64,000 nucleotides of DNA from the human T2T-CHM13v2.0 reference genome, Homo sapiens. Shown in pieces: positions 1 through 13,993 of the stretch (position 1 is the first letter of the stretch; each line of letters opens with the position of its first letter). Position numbers and translations under genes: made by a program. The stretch lies in NCBI RefSeq assembly GCF_009914755.1, contig NC_060933.1, one strand, 5' to 3'. The notes under the pieces were generated by a model that was given only the letters and a program-made list of their open reading frames with translations, was not told the origin of the DNA and did no database searches.

Positions 1-279
1 AAATAACTGGAAAGTCATTCCCATTCCTGCTTGACATTTAAGACCCTTTCCAACTTTATCTCTGCCTTCTCTCCTTCCTCCCCCTGGCGTTTTCCTTGCT
101 TTTTTCTGGTGGTTTTCTTGTTCCTCATAACCACATGACCCTTCTTATTCTGGGCTGTGTACACATGGAACACTGTTCATGTAGCTTCTCTCTCACTTGC
201 TTTCGCAGGTTCTCCTCAATGGTACCTTCTCCATTAAGCTTTTCTCTCCAACTTGAAAGAATCTTTAGTTAAATAAGTA

Positions 280-294
280 GTGTGTGTGTGTATA

Positions 295-325
<31 letters not shown>

Positions 326-327
326 AC
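280..327. repeat. (TG)n microsatellite, fully alternating purine/pyrimidine
   Basis: gtgtgtgtgtg-tatatgcg-(tg)n-tac read directly. Confidence 0.95.
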
Positions 328-799
328 CTAACTTCAAATCAGCCAATTACTGGATATAAATTGGTAGTCAACCATTAGCCCCACGGTACTGTTTTTTGTT
401 TGTTTTTTGTTCTTGGTATCACTGACACAATTTTTCACTTTAAGCCAAGTTCCTTACATAAAGTTTATATGGTGTCTTCTTTTTGATTATATTATATCTT
501 ATTTATATGGTGTCTCATCTTGGTAGTGTTATTTTTTGGAAAGGGTCTGGCTGAAGTGTCATGATAACAAATTATCATTCATATTTTATAAAAAAGGAAC
601 ATCAAGGAGGCAAGTCTTTGAATTAATAAACCTATATAGAGTCTTGAATTTCACCCTGGCCTCTGGCTGTGCCCTTCTGCGATCTCTGAATGTGGATTTA
701 ATTTCCCTCATCTTGGGGTTTTCTCTCTGTAAATCAGGACCTTCCTTGTACTATGGAGAATAAGCTGTAACATCATCACACAGTGTCTAGGACACTAAG

Positions 800-965
800 A
801 CATTAGAGTCAGTGACATTTGGGTCCTGATGCCAGTTTTAACATTTAGCTGTGTATCCTTGTCCATGTCACTTAATTTTTTTGGATTATTAGTTTTCTCA
901 CATGAAAATGAGGATAGCCATCACAGTGAACTTATAGAGCAATGTGGCATGAGTAATTGGTGAAC
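800..965 (+). mobile_element. MIR SINE relic
   Basis: MIR core-like: tagctgtgtatccttgtccatgtcacttaa...agttttctcacatgaaaatgaggata. Confidence 0.65.
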
Positions 966-1339
966 ACAGTGTGCTATTAAAAAGTAAAGGGGCATTATAA
1001 TTATTAAAGCACAGTCCCTTCCATCTAGTAGCAAGAGAGTCCTTGCGCCTAAAATGATGAATAAGAAAACAGAGCAGCACGGGTATTGTGAGTGAGTGAG
1101 TGAGTGGTATAATTAGTGAACGCTAGAGAGGCTGCAAGGAAATCACAAAGGTCCAAGACAAGCTTTTAATTTTAGGAAATCTCATGAACTTCTCTCTTGA
1201 TTACATTCTTTGGGAATGATCTGTGTCAGTTTCTAATTGTAATTTGATATTTCCTCTGATATTTTTGTTCATCTGTAGATACATCTGGGATACTACATCC
1301 CCAAGCAGCTTGGGATTACCTGAAAAAATAATCATTCAA

Positions 1340-1620
1340 AAAATGTTTGCTTGGCATCGTCTATACTTGGGGCTCGGCTCTGGGGAAAATGAAATGAATA
1401 AGACATTGACTTTAGATCACAGATCTCTCAAGACAGTTGGGGAAGACAGACATATAAAAAGGCAATTGTAGCTCAACATGACAAAAGCTATAAGGTACCC
1501 AAGGCTGTGAGAGCACAGGAGAGACAGAGATTATCTCTCTGGGAAGGCGAGGAAGGCTTCGCAAAGGAAGTGACATTTTTATTGGGTCATAAAGAATGAG
1601 TAGAAAGTATCAGGCAGAGA
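1340..1620 (-). mobile_element. L2 LINE 3' relic
   Basis: ctggggaaaatgaaatgaataagaca...gggaaggcgaggaaggcttcgcaaaggaagtgacatttt resembles antisense L2 3' region. Confidence 0.6.
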
Positions 1621-3359
1621 AAATGATTTCAGCAATATAGTTGAATTAGGGAAATGCGTGTACACACACATACATGTATTTGTTCCAAAGTCAAACATGA
1701 ATTATTTTGGGGATTATCTTCTGTCTTTGGTCCATACCACTATTTCTTTTTTTCTTGATGTGGATAATTGAGAAATGACTCCAGTGATACAGGAATAAGC
1801 TCTTGTGCCTGGCATTTGCACTTTGGATTTTCCCAGTCTTTCCCCAATACTTGTGGTCCAAAAGCTCCTAGTAGAGAATTTTTCATTTGCTCCAGAATTC
1901 CCCAGTTTCACTTCCCACAAAGATAGTCTAGTCAGGATACTTTGGGCCACCAACATAATAGAAAGTTGCCAAAATAAATGTTTTCCATCAAGATTTCACA
2001 CTTGCACTTAATGAAATAGACATTTTTCAAACTGTTTCTTTAGAGCTAAGTTTTTCTTTAAGATTTGTAATGAAAATATTTCATGACCTGTTGACATATT
2101 CATATGGTGATTTTCAAAAGGCAGACTTCATTTACAAAATGGACTTGGCAACAAGTAGGAATATCTGGGAAGCTGAACAAGGCTGTTGACAGGGAAAATT
2201 GGGGCTCAATCGTAGCTGACATTGTTTTGCAGCTGTGCCATATTTTAAGACTGACCAATGGGATGGGGATTATGGAGGCCTCATGGTAATAATGCTGAGA
2301 TTGGCAGTTAATGGTCATTCATAGTGGAACTGCATAGGTAGCAGCCGACAAGTACAGAAAATAAGTTCCTGTAATGGATTTTTTATTTTTTTTGCAAATG
2401 CCAGGGAAGCAATAGAAGAAATACTATTTAGAAGAAATATAGTAAAGAAAAAAAATCTGCAGTATTTTTCAAAGGAACAGATTTAAAAATCAGAAATTTT
2501 TCTTTGAATTCTTAGCCCTGTATTTTCTTTATCCTTTGTTATCTCATTCAGTTAGCTCTTTGGCTAGTTGACTAGCAGATACCTAATTTAAGTTTTTTAA
2601 ATGCAGACAGTTTAGAATAGAATATATGCTGTGTATTCCCCCTACTCTGTAGTTGAAAGTTAACAAGGAGCGTTCAAATTCAGATGGCATAAGGCCGCAT
2701 TGGAAATAGCCCTCAAAATTAATTCATTTCAACTATTCTTTTAGGTTTATGAAATTTATATTAGGACTACCCTCATTTTCCTAAGCTTCTATTCCTCATA
2801 TCAGTAAGCTGAGAGGTTATTAAGAAAAATATAAATATTATTACTTAGAGTTACAGACTAACAAATGTAACTATAAAAATCTAGTAAAATTCTTTAGGAA
2901 CCAAGAAATAGGCTCTCCTAAAGTTTTTAGCCATCCCTGGGTTTCAAAGTATTTGGCAAAGAGCATGGTATTTGAGCTTTGGTCTTGGAAGAGAAAGAAA
3001 TCACTTTCCACTGAGGAAGAGATCACACAAAGCTTCTTGGAAAGCTGGTGTTTGAACCAAGCTTTGGAGAGGGGAAGTGGGGCTGGATGAGGACAGGGCT
3101 CACTAGTGAGAGAAATATGGGAAGGTCATTGTGCAATGGAGCAACTCTAAGAGGAGAGGAAAAGAGGCAGGTCATTGTAAGTCAAGCTTGGTAGTTGGAA
3201 AGTAAGAGGCTCCCAGGCGGAATTCTAGGTTTGGGAGTTGATCCATCATTTCATTTTGTCAGACACTAGGACACTGATGAGAGACCAGTTTTCGTTGAGT
3301 AATGTACCCAGAGTAGATTTCAGAGGCTAGAAACTGGAGGTTAGAAAACCTATGAGTGA

Positions 3360-3590
3360 TAGCTACCATTATTGGTTGCCTGTTAAATGCCACTCACCAT
3401 GATGTAAAATTTTAATGTGTTCTTTCAAACCGTTTCAAGAATTTATCTCCATTTTACAGATGAAGAGACTAAGACCCAGGGAGAAGAAACCTTTCTGCAG
3501 CTATTCTGTGGCTGGTCAGCAACAGCCTAAAACTAGTCGGCTTTATCTGCCTCTATCTCTATTCCCTGATTACTCACCATATATACTACC
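3360..3590 (-). mobile_element. MIR SINE relic
   Basis: tatctccattttacagatgaagagactaagacccagggag is the antisense MIR core. Confidence 0.7.
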
Positions 3591-3865
3591 ACTGTGTGGT
3601 TCACTGTGTGAACTTCTCAGTTATGTGTGTAGTATTACAGTTGTCTGCCCTCTTTCTTCCTCCTTCCCCCATACACCCTTCACTAATGCATTTTAGGTCT
3701 GTCATCCATTGTGTGTACAGAACATTTTGTGTATGGCATCTGTGAGCCACTGTGCCTGGCCCTCTGATTTCTTAAAGATGACTCTGCCTCATTTCATCAG
3801 GTTCGGTCAAATGCCACCTAAATCTAAGTATAATCAGTGGTTTTGTCTTCTAAATACTTTCTAAT

Positions 3866-4094
3866 TGCAACCTCCACCTCCTGGGTTCAAGTGATTCTCC
3901 TGCCTCAGCCTCCCGAGTAGGTGGGACTACAGGTGCACGCCACCATGCCCAGCTAATTTTTTTTTTTTGTATTTTTTGTAGAGACAGGGTTTCACCATGT
4001 TAGCCAGGATGCTCTCAATCTCCTGACCTCCTGATCTGCCCGCCTCAGCCTCCCAAAGTACCTGGATTACAAGTCTGAGCCACTGCACCTGGCC
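3866..4094 (-). mobile_element. AluS-type element lacking its 3' end and A-tail
   Basis: Antisense Alu from tgcaacctccacctcctgggttcaag to gagccactgcacctggcc; central T linker present, tail absent. Confidence 0.93.
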
Positions 4095-4299
4095 CTCTGA
4101 TTTTCTTAAAGATGACTCTGCCTCATTTCATCAGGTTCAGGCAAATGCCACCTAAATCTAAACATAATCAGAGTTCCCTCTTAAAAATATAAAGACTAGA
4201 ATTAGAACGTTCAGTCCTATCTTTTACCTGCCTTCTTCCTTCCTGTCCCTCTATGTAGGTCACAGGTTCAGAGGTAGACCTTTGGTGCTAAAAGATAGT

Positions 4300-4452
4300 T
4301 CATGGACGCAGCTTACAGAGACACCTGGGAGCTAGTTGCAAATGCAGATTATTAGACGCCACCTGAGACCTTCTGAATCATAATCTATCTTTTAACAAGA
4401 TGCCCAGGGGAAGTCATCATCTTACACACATGCTCTGATGAAAACACTGCAT
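4300..4452. mobile_element. MER5A-like hAT-Charlie MITE
   Basis: cacctgggagctagttgcaaatgcagatt...ctgaatcataatct...ttttaacaagat...gaaaacactg. Confidence 0.7.
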
Positions 4453-4636
4453 CAGAAAGGGCTCACAGCCAATAGATCACACACAAGTACCTACGTGCAG
4501 AGATTTAAACTAATGGATTTAAATATATTTAGATGGTTTTCAATCCATTTTAATTATCACAGTGTTGAAAGTTCAAATTGGCCAGGGAATGACTCATCAA
4601 TTTGACACGTTTTTAGTAATCCCTGATAAGTTTCTT

Positions 4637-4956
<320 letters not shown>

Positions 4957-4969
4957 TGATAAATTTCTT

Positions 4970-5370
4970 AGTGCTGGGCTGACAACGTATTTCAGTCTCA
5001 TCTTGCATAATTCTTGCTCCAGTCCTGGAATCAGACATTTAAGAAGCCCTGGTTTCTTTTAGTGGGAAATGGTATTTGAAGATCCAAATCTGAGAGTCAG
5101 CAATGCCTACTGCTACTGGGTTGGTCATTGTTTCTAAGCCTCCTGAATGGGAAATATGAGTTCATTTTGTTATTTTTGATTCTTATTCAGGACTATGGAT
5201 CTTTTTATTTGGTCTTGTCTGTATTGTAACTCTTTCCTTCATTTCTGGTTGTCAGGAGCATAGGGGATAATCGCATCAGACTTCCCATAGTCAGTCAATT
5301 ACATTCTTTCTTATCCTTTATTATACAACAACAGTCTTAGTAACAATACTAGTATTACCACTCCCATATA
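4970..5370 (-). mobile_element. Ancient L1M/HAL1-type fragment
   Basis: cctggaatcagacatt...gccctggtttcttttagtgggaaatggtatttgaagatccaaatctg resembles L1MC/HAL1 3' region. Confidence 0.55.
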
Positions 5371-5614
5371 ACAGCATCATGTAAGTAATATGGCATGTAC
5401 TACTTTTTTGGTCAGCTTCATTTACTCAGCATGTTTTTTCATCAAGTAGAATTGTTAAAAATGTTGCATATATAATGTGCATATTCAGTGAACTATAATG
5501 ACAATGACTAAATATAGTAATTACCGTATTCCCTTCTTTATCTCACTCTTAGTTCTATCAATAAACGTATATTTAATTCTTACCAGCAATTTTTATTTCA
5601 ACATTTCTTTAGAC

Positions 5615-5770
5615 CAACATTGTCTAATGGAACTTTCTGCAGCAATGGAAATGTTCTGTGACTGTGCTGTTCAATATAGTAGCCACTGGCCCATGTGGCT
5701 CTTGGTACCACTCTGTGGCCAGAGTAGGAGATGGGGGTGGTGGAGATTCCTGCCATATTGGATAGTGCAC
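5615..5770. mobile_element. MER3-like hAT MITE
   Basis: ctaatggaactttctgcagcaatggaaatgttctg...tgtgctgttcaatatagtagccactggcccatgtggct...atattggatagtgca. Confidence 0.7.
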
Positions 5771-5859
5771 TTCAGATGTTTTGGTTACGTGAAGCATGTT
5801 CTCTGTCACATTCTTCAGAATGGACTCATAGGAGCAATAGTTCCTAATGCTTTTTAAAA

Positions 5860-7950
5860 ATCATCTTTTTCTGAAGTATACTTTATTTAAAATACAGACA
5901 TTAAGAATTCACTTTTGTAGGTTTTGACAAATGTATATGTTGTATCATCACCATCCAAATCATGAGTAGAACTTTTCTGTCACCCTACAAACTTCTCAAG
6001 TCCCCTTTCAAGTTAATTCCTCATTTCCTCTTCCACAAATAACCATTGATAAGATTTCTGCCACTATAGATTAGCTTTACCAGCTCTAGAACTCATATAA
6101 ATAATATGGTATGTACTCCTTTTTTTGTCATCTTCTCTTAGTATGCTTTTAAATCAACTTTGTTGAGGTACAATGTACATATCATAAAAGGCATCCATTG
6201 TAAGTATGCTTTTGGATGAGATTTCTTAAATGTATTCATCTTTGTATCAGATATACTGTCAAGATACATGGCGGTTCCATCATCAAAATACAGTCCCTTG
6301 TCCACCTTCCTAGTCAGTTACCCATCCCCATTCCAAGCCAACGTTGATCCCCATTGCAAGCCAACATCACTAGATTAATCTCTTCTAGAGTTTCATATGC
6401 ATGGAATCATGTGGTGTGTATTCATTTGGTTCTGGCTTCTTTGGTGTAGGATAACATTTTTGAATGTTGTGTGTATAAATATTGCTGTGTAGCATTCTAT
6501 TGTAGGCATATATTACAATTTGTTGATCCATTCATCTTTTGATAGATATTTGTGTTTCTGGATTTTGGCTATTTCTGAGATTTTAGCAGTAACACTGCTA
6601 TTAACTTCAGTGTACAACATTCTGGCTGTCAAAAATTTTCATTTTGCTTTGGTAAATACCTAGGAATAGAATTTCTGGGTCATATGGTAACCGTATATTT
6701 AATTTTATAAGAAACTTCCAGTGTATTCTTCAAAGTCATTACACTATTTTATCTCCAACCAGAATTGTATAAAAGTCTGGCTGCTCCACATCCTTGTTAA
6801 TACTTCGTGTGGTCTGTCTTTCCAATTTTCATCAATCTAATGCATGTGTACAATTTTCATCAGTCTAATGCATGTCTCTCATTATGGTTCTAGTTGGCAT
6901 TTTCCTGATTAATAATGTTGAGCATCTTTGTAGAGTATTTGTAGTTCATACAGCTCCTTTTGTGAGACTTTTACAGAATTTTTCATTTAATTCTTATCTT
7001 CCCATTCCTAGGTTGTAAAGATTCTTTACATATTCCAGATAAAAATTCTTTGTCAAATATATTTGTTCACTTTTTTCTCTTTTATGGTTATTGTTTTTTT
7101 TTTGAGTGTGTATACTGAGAAATCTTTGCATTCTCCCAAAATGGTGAGGATTTTTTCCTATGCTTTTTCCAAAAGTTTTATAGTTTTAGCTTTTAGGTTT
7201 AGGTTAGTGATCCATTTTGAATTAATTTTTGTATACAATGTAAATTGGAGATCAAGGCTTATTTTTTTTCCAGATTGATATGCAGTTTTTACAGAAACAT
7301 TTATTGAAAACGTGATCCAATCTCCCATTGAATTACATTAGCCTTTGTAAAAAATAAATTATGGGTATTTTTTGGAATTTATTTTGTTATATTTATCTAT
7401 ATGTTTATCATTATTCTAATAATATATTGATTAATACAACTTTGTAATAAGTATTGAAAACCAGTAGTTTAACTTATCCAACTTTGTTCTTCCTTTTTCA
7501 AGACTATTTTGACTAGTTTCTTTGCATTTCCATATAAGGTTTATAATCAGTTTATTCATTTATAAAAAGGAAATTTTAACAATTTTGGATCTTCTAATTC
7601 GTGGACATGATATATCTTTTTAAAAATGTAGATCTTTAATTTCTCTTTGCATTGTTTTGTAGTATGCAGTACACAGAACTGAGAACTCTTTTGTTAAATT
7701 TATTTCAAAGCTATTGTAAGTGATATTGTTTTAAATTGCATTTTCCAAATATTGTTGCTCGTCTAGAAACATGTAATTGATTTGCATATATTGGCCTTGT
7801 ATTATGCAAGTTTGCTAAATTAACTTACTAAATCTAATTGCTTTGGAAGATCCTTGAGTGTTATCTGCAAACCATGACATGCTAACAACTTCATTTCCTA
7901 TCTATAAGCCTTTTATTTCTGTGTCTTGCTTTATTTCACTGGTTAGAATT
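5860..7950 (-). mobile_element. Old L1M fragments (3' UTR and ORF2 end), at least two nested copies
   Basis: ggtaaatacctaggaatagaatttctgggtcatatggtaa; tttatagttttagcttttaggtttagg...atccattttgaattaatttttgtata. Confidence 0.85.
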
Positions 7951-8555
7951 CTGGGCACCTTCTTTGTGCCTCTCTCTACTCTCTGGTGTCCTACCCTAAG
8001 GATTCCAGCCAATTCACCTACTTTGAATTCTGATCCATGCATTGTAATCTCATCAGGACCACAGTGCTTAGCTAGGACTCCAGCTCACTGAACTACAATA
8101 GAGAATTGAGAAATGTCCTTAAACAAAGATCCAGGTCAATTCTGGGGCTCACTTTGTGAGTTTCCCTCCCCTAAAGATTACAGTTTTGTGCTGTCTGTTG
8201 ATTAATATCTGAAGATAGTTGCCTTATATATTTGATTCAGTTTTATCATTTACGGTGGGAGGATTAATCTGTTTATTTCATCCTATCTAGAAGAAGTCCA
8301 TTCCATGACTTTTTTGCAGGTTGACAGCAGGTTTTTTTTTTTTAAATTGTTGTTATTTGTTTGTTTTTGGTGCCCTTTATATTTGGAGATCCACGTTGCT
8401 GGATGTAAAAGCTTTGGCTTACATTATCTGTCTTTGAGTATTCAAATATGTTACTCTATTTTTGCCTGGGGTGTTGCTCCTGAAAAATCTGATTAGAATC
8501 TCATTTTCTTTCCCGAGTAAGTCACTGGCTGTTTTTGCTTTGCTGCAAATGGAAA

Positions 8556-8558
8556 ATA

Positions 8559-8598
<40 letters not shown>
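8556..8598. repeat. (AT)12 followed by T18
   Basis: Direct read. Confidence 0.95.
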
Positions 8599-8600
<2 letters not shown>

Positions 8601-8862
8601 CATCCATTAATTTTACTAGGCTATGCTTTGGTTTTGGTTGCTCTGGAGGTTCATATTCTCAGATATGAGGTGTTTCATTTAATATGAAACTTCTTTTTTT
8701 TAATTTCAGAAAATTTTACAAATATAGTGTTTTTTCTGTTTCTTTGTATTTGTTTTCTTCAGGGACTAAATCTGTATGTCGAAATTTTTTTTACCTGTCT
8801 TCAATATTTGTCCCTTTCTCTTGAATCAATTTTATTTCTTTCTTCCTTTTTCTCTCTCTCCC

Positions 8863-9151
8863 TTTTTTTTTTTTTTTTCTTGAGATGGAGTCTCGCTCTG
8901 TTGCCCAGACTTGAATGCAGTGGCGCAATCTTGGCTCACTGCAAGCTCTGCCTCCCGGGTTCACGCCATTCTCTTGCCTCAGCCTCCCACTACAGGCTCC
9001 CGCCAACATGCCTGGCTAATTTTTTGCATTTTTAGTAGAGACGGGGTTTCACTGTGTTACCCAGGATGGTCTCGATCTCCTGACCTCGTGATCCGCCCAC
9101 CTCAGCCTCCCAAAGTGCAAGGATTACAGGTGTGAGCCGCTGCGCCCGGCC
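8863..9151 (-). mobile_element. AluY-like element with ~11-bp internal deletion
   Basis: AluY diagnostics gcaagctc, ttcacgccattc, caggatggtctcgatctcctgacctcgtgatccg; gagtagctggg missing near 8988. Confidence 0.95.
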
Positions 9152-9351
9152 CTTTTTCAAAGTTTCCTCCTTTTCACTTTCTATTTATGAAGGCATGTTC
9201 CTTTTAAATTCGTTTTATTTCTGATATAATTATTCTTCTTAATTTTTTTCTAAGTGCAGTCACTTCATTTCTGAGTTTTTCTAATTCGGAATTAATATAA
9301 TTTATGTATTGTTTCATTTTTCTTAATATTGTTTAGCCTGTTTTTATGTAG

Positions 9352-9699
<348 letters not shown>

Positions 9700-10441
9700 C
9701 CCTGAACTTTCAGAAGGATTCTTGCATCAGCGTAGTTTTTCAAGTTCACAGAGCTCTATATTCTGTTATTTGTTCATAGAAGCTTGATTTCTGAAACTTC
9801 CTAAGTCTATTCCCCTCCCCTATTTTTTTCTGGACCTTCTCTTTACTTCCCCTTTGTTTTCCTTTTTCTGTGAAATTTTGATTCCACTCCTAGTAGTTTC
9901 TTTTCAGTGTGGATCCCTGACCTAGACAGGAGGCCTGGCTGCTAGTTTTGAATATCACAGGTGCCATCCTGCACCACCCACTTCATACCTTACCAGGATC
10001 TTGTTGTATTCACTGTTATTGGATTGGCTAAACATTTTCAGTATCAGCTTCTGTTCTGAAATTGACCTCCTATGTTTTCCAGTAAACACCTGTTGGGTAT
10101 TTTTGAAATTACTCTTTTATGAGTTTCAAATGTCCCCATTTGTTTTGCACTGCCGTGTCCCATACAAACATTAATACCTTTCCAGTTTTTCGCTCTTGAT
10201 GGCTTGTCCTCGCCTGCATGTAGTTGGGGATGCATGGGGATATGCTGTCACATACTTTTGTTGTATATGTTGTCTGTGGGATTTCTTTTCTTTCTCTTTC
10301 TGTCATCTGTGTTGATACATTGTCTCTTAAAGACCACCCTAGTTTTCACCATCTTTCTAGAAGTCCTACATAATACTTTTAAGGAAAGTAGATTCTAATT
10401 TAAATGAAATACAGATGAATGCATTTAAAACGGATTATGTA

Positions 10442-10755
10442 GGCTGGACACGGTGGCTCACGTCTATAATCTTAGCACTTTTGGAGGCTGAGGCGGGCAG
10501 ATCACGAGGTCAGGAGGTCGAGACCAGCCTGACCAACAGGGTGAAACCCCGTATCTACTAAAAAAATACAAAAATTAGCTAGGCGTGGTGGCATGTGCCT
10601 GTAATCCCAGCTACTCAGGTGTCTGAGGCAGGAGAATAGCTTGAACCCAGGAGGCGGAGGTTGCAGTGAGCCAAGACAGCACCACTGTACTCCAGCCTGG
10701 GCAACAGGGTGAGACTCCGTCTCAAAAAAAAAAAAAAAGAAAAGCAAGAAAAAGA
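10442..10755 (+). mobile_element. Full-length AluS (Sg/Sc-like) with TSD
   Basis: ggctggacacggtggctcac...gatcacgaggtcagg...A-tail; TSD aaaa(c/t)ggattatgt on both sides. Confidence 0.96.
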
Positions 10756-11699
10756 AAATGGATTATGTTTCTGGAAAAGTTTGAAAACTTTTTTCCCCTG
10801 GTAGCACATTCCCATCAAAATATTTGTTAGTTGAGCCCCTTCTCAGCAAAGGTCCTGGGAAGGAGGGTTACTCTGAATTTAGACGGGAGACAAGGGCAGA
10901 AGATGGAGGTCTAGGAGGTGAGAGATAAGGCACCGTAGATAATTATTGCAGGTAGGATTGAATAAATGTATTAGGTTCGAGTAAGAAGACATGGTAGAGA
11001 ATCCAGCCGGTCAGAAAAAGGAAGAGCAGCTGGCCCTCGGCTCTAGTGTGCGTATGCAGGTATGCATGTCTTGACTTTAGATCAGAGGATGGGGTTGCTC
11101 TCCCACATCAGTGTTTCTTCTTGGTGAGAAGGTTGGTTCTGTGTATAGGTGTAAGTAGTGGTGACAGGGATGTCAGAGGTAGATAAACAAAACTTACTGT
11201 ATTCAGGGCAAGGACAGAAATTTTCATTTAGCTCCCGTGTGTGGGCATATTTTTATGTTTCTTTCATGTTGTTCTTTGACTTCCTTTTGAGAAAGGCGTT
11301 ACTTAATAATATTTTCAAAAGACATGTCTGTTTTTGAATATACTAGAGATACTCCTTAAAAGTATGCCATTTGAAATCCTTATGAATGTAACTTGCTGTC
11401 TTCTAACCTAAGCTGATCTTTTCATACATTCAAATTTCTTTGAAGTATTTCATGGTTTTTTTCTGCCATTTATTTCTTTTTATTTACAGTTTTGTTCAAT
11501 TTTTTAGCCATTTATTTTATTTATAAAGTGTTTGTCTATGTGCTTAATATAAAAGTCTGAAAATTAATTTATTTCTGAAAATATTATTTATCCAATGCCT
11601 GAGAAACAGACATGGTATTTTTCTTGTATGTCAAGGTCTTATCTTATGAATTATATACAAATATGACAGTTCACAAATGTTTCAAAAACGTATTCAGCA

Positions 11700-12170
11700 T
11701 GAGAAGAGGGTCTTGGTTCAGTTAGTTAGTGGTCACTTCTACTTGAAGGATTCAGAAAGGTCCACAAAAGAGTTAAAATTGGAAAATGTCTTGGATGATG
11801 AATAAGATTTTGACCAGCAAGATGTGGGAGCAGGTCATGAAGAAAGAACAGAGTCAACAATCCAACAGGAGGGCTGGTTTGTGCAAAGGTACCAAGGGAG
11901 AAATCATGGCGTGTGTCCAGTCAGTACCAAATAGACCAGTTTTTCTGTATGGCATGTAAAAGGAAGTTACAGAGATTAGTCTAGAAAGCTTATAGCGATG
12001 ATCAAGGGATGAATGGCAGGTAAAGGAATTTGTACTTAGCTTTGTGGATACAGGGAGTTTTCAAAAGTTTCGAAATAATAGATTTGAATAATCAGAGCTA
12101 GAAGATGATTCTGTGTGGAGGGTCAGTCAGAGAGGGAAAAAAATCCAGAGACGAAGAGCCCAGTTATGAC
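11700..12170 (-). mobile_element. L2 relic
   Basis: gatgaataagattttgaccagc...gtgcaaaggtac...aggtaaaggaatttgtactt. Confidence 0.55.
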
Positions 12171-13749
12171 ACTAACTTGATTATGACAAAGCTGTTATTT
12201 TTGTTTACATTTGAACTGATGCCCTTGACTCTTAGTATTCTCCCATCCCTATACGTGGGTTCTTATGCCACTTTTATATATGTTGTCTGAAAAGTAGACT
12301 GTTTAGTGAGAAATGATTTCTCTATATTCCTGGGGATTTTATAATAAGCAAAGATGCCAAAAATTTACAGGATAAAGAGATCTTTGGTGATATGTAACAA
12401 ATTAGATTGCAGAATGTTAGAAAAACACATTTTTTTTTCATTGAAAATTAAAGACATCTGGGCTTTTCATTGTACATATTTTACATGTTCAGGACTAGGC
12501 CAGCTGATGAGTTTAGGGACAATTTGTAGCAAAACATAGGACTTTTTAAGTTTATTACATGCTACATATATTGTTAGAATCAGGGTTAGATACTTATAAC
12601 GATGTTTTCTCAAGCGATTGTAATCTTTTCAGGGGATTTTTATGATGTCAAGAACATGAATAAATTTCAAGAAATAATCTAAGGAAGATAATAAAGCCCA
12701 CTTTTTTCTCTCTTTATTCTTAGGCCAGCACTATGAATTTCTGAAAAATAGATACAAAACCATCCCAGTTTCTTATAGCAAGTGGGCAATACAGGATGAT
12801 ATGCTCTGCTTGAACAAGTTTTTAGGGTGAGAACTGCATATTTTAGGCTTACTAGCTATAAAGTATCTATCATTGTAGGTTTCTTATAGTATTTGAGTGC
12901 CTGCTATAAAAACAGCAATGTTGTATGTCATATGAGGAATTTTTTTGAAGTGAAATTTAGATCTTTCAACCTATATTCCATGGAATTCTATTCAAGAACT
13001 TAAAAGCTGGAAGGGGCTTTAGACATCTTCTAGGCCTTTGTTTCTGGACGTGTGCTCTGTGGAGCACTAGACCCATAGGTGGTCTATAAATAAGAATTTC
13101 TGAGGAATTGCTGCATGCTACACTCTTCACTTTGGAGATGTGTATGCTGATATCTGTGATGTATTAGCATATTGAAAGCCCTGAGATTTTCCTAGTGTCA
13201 AAACCAGTTTGACATTTTATAACCCAGAGATTCTCAAAGTTACTTTATCATGTGTGTGTGTGTGCACATATACAATTAAATAGTAACATCTTTACAGAAC
13301 TCATATTGTTTAGAATATGCTTAGGGGAACTACTTGTTCAATCTCTTTATTTCATGAAAAGCTGAGGCCTAGGAGTATTTATTAGTTCTCTACAGGCCAC
13401 ACAGCTCTTGACAGAGTTGTGAACAGTATCTCCCAGTTTCCAGACCTCTTCTCTGCTGAATGATCTTACGTGATATACCACTAGCAGTGTAGTCGCAATC
13501 CCGTTTTTCCCTCTCTAGTTACTGCATGCTTCCCTTCCACTGATGAAATTTTCACCCAAATAAAGGGACGAAGTCAGGGATGAGCAATTCCACCCTAATC
13601 ACAAAGCCTTGGACTTGATTATACAGTGCTTAGTACTAAAGGGACTGGAGCCTCCATAATTTCCATTTTAGCTCTTTTCCTGGTCTGCCAGCTTCCAGTC
13701 ACCACCAGTGCTGCCCATAACCTGCAGGTGGCCACACTTGGGCTACCTC

Positions 13750-13993
13750 TGGGAGCTAAACAGTAGGTACACGTGGACATAGAGAGTGGAAAAATAGACA
13801 CTGCAGACTCCAAAAGGCAGGAGGGAGGGAAGGTAGGGAGGGATGAACAATTACCTGTTGGGTTCAATATACACTCTTCAGGTGATGGGCGCACTAAAAG
13901 CCCAGACTTCACCACTATGCAGCATATCCTTGTAACAAAACTGCATTTGTACCCCCTAAATCTAAACTAATTTAAATAACAATAATTTTAAAA
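13750..13993 (+). mobile_element. L1PB-like 3' end
   Basis: gggagctaaacagtaggtacacgtggacatagagagtgg...aaaagcccagacttcaccactatgcagcatatcc...gtaccccctaaatcta then A-rich tail. Confidence 0.9.

Noticed and set aside
464-515. 14-bp direct repeat tttatatggtgtct (similar short duplications at 38045 and 50951)
   Set aside because: Ordinary short slippage duplications with nothing further to support a function.
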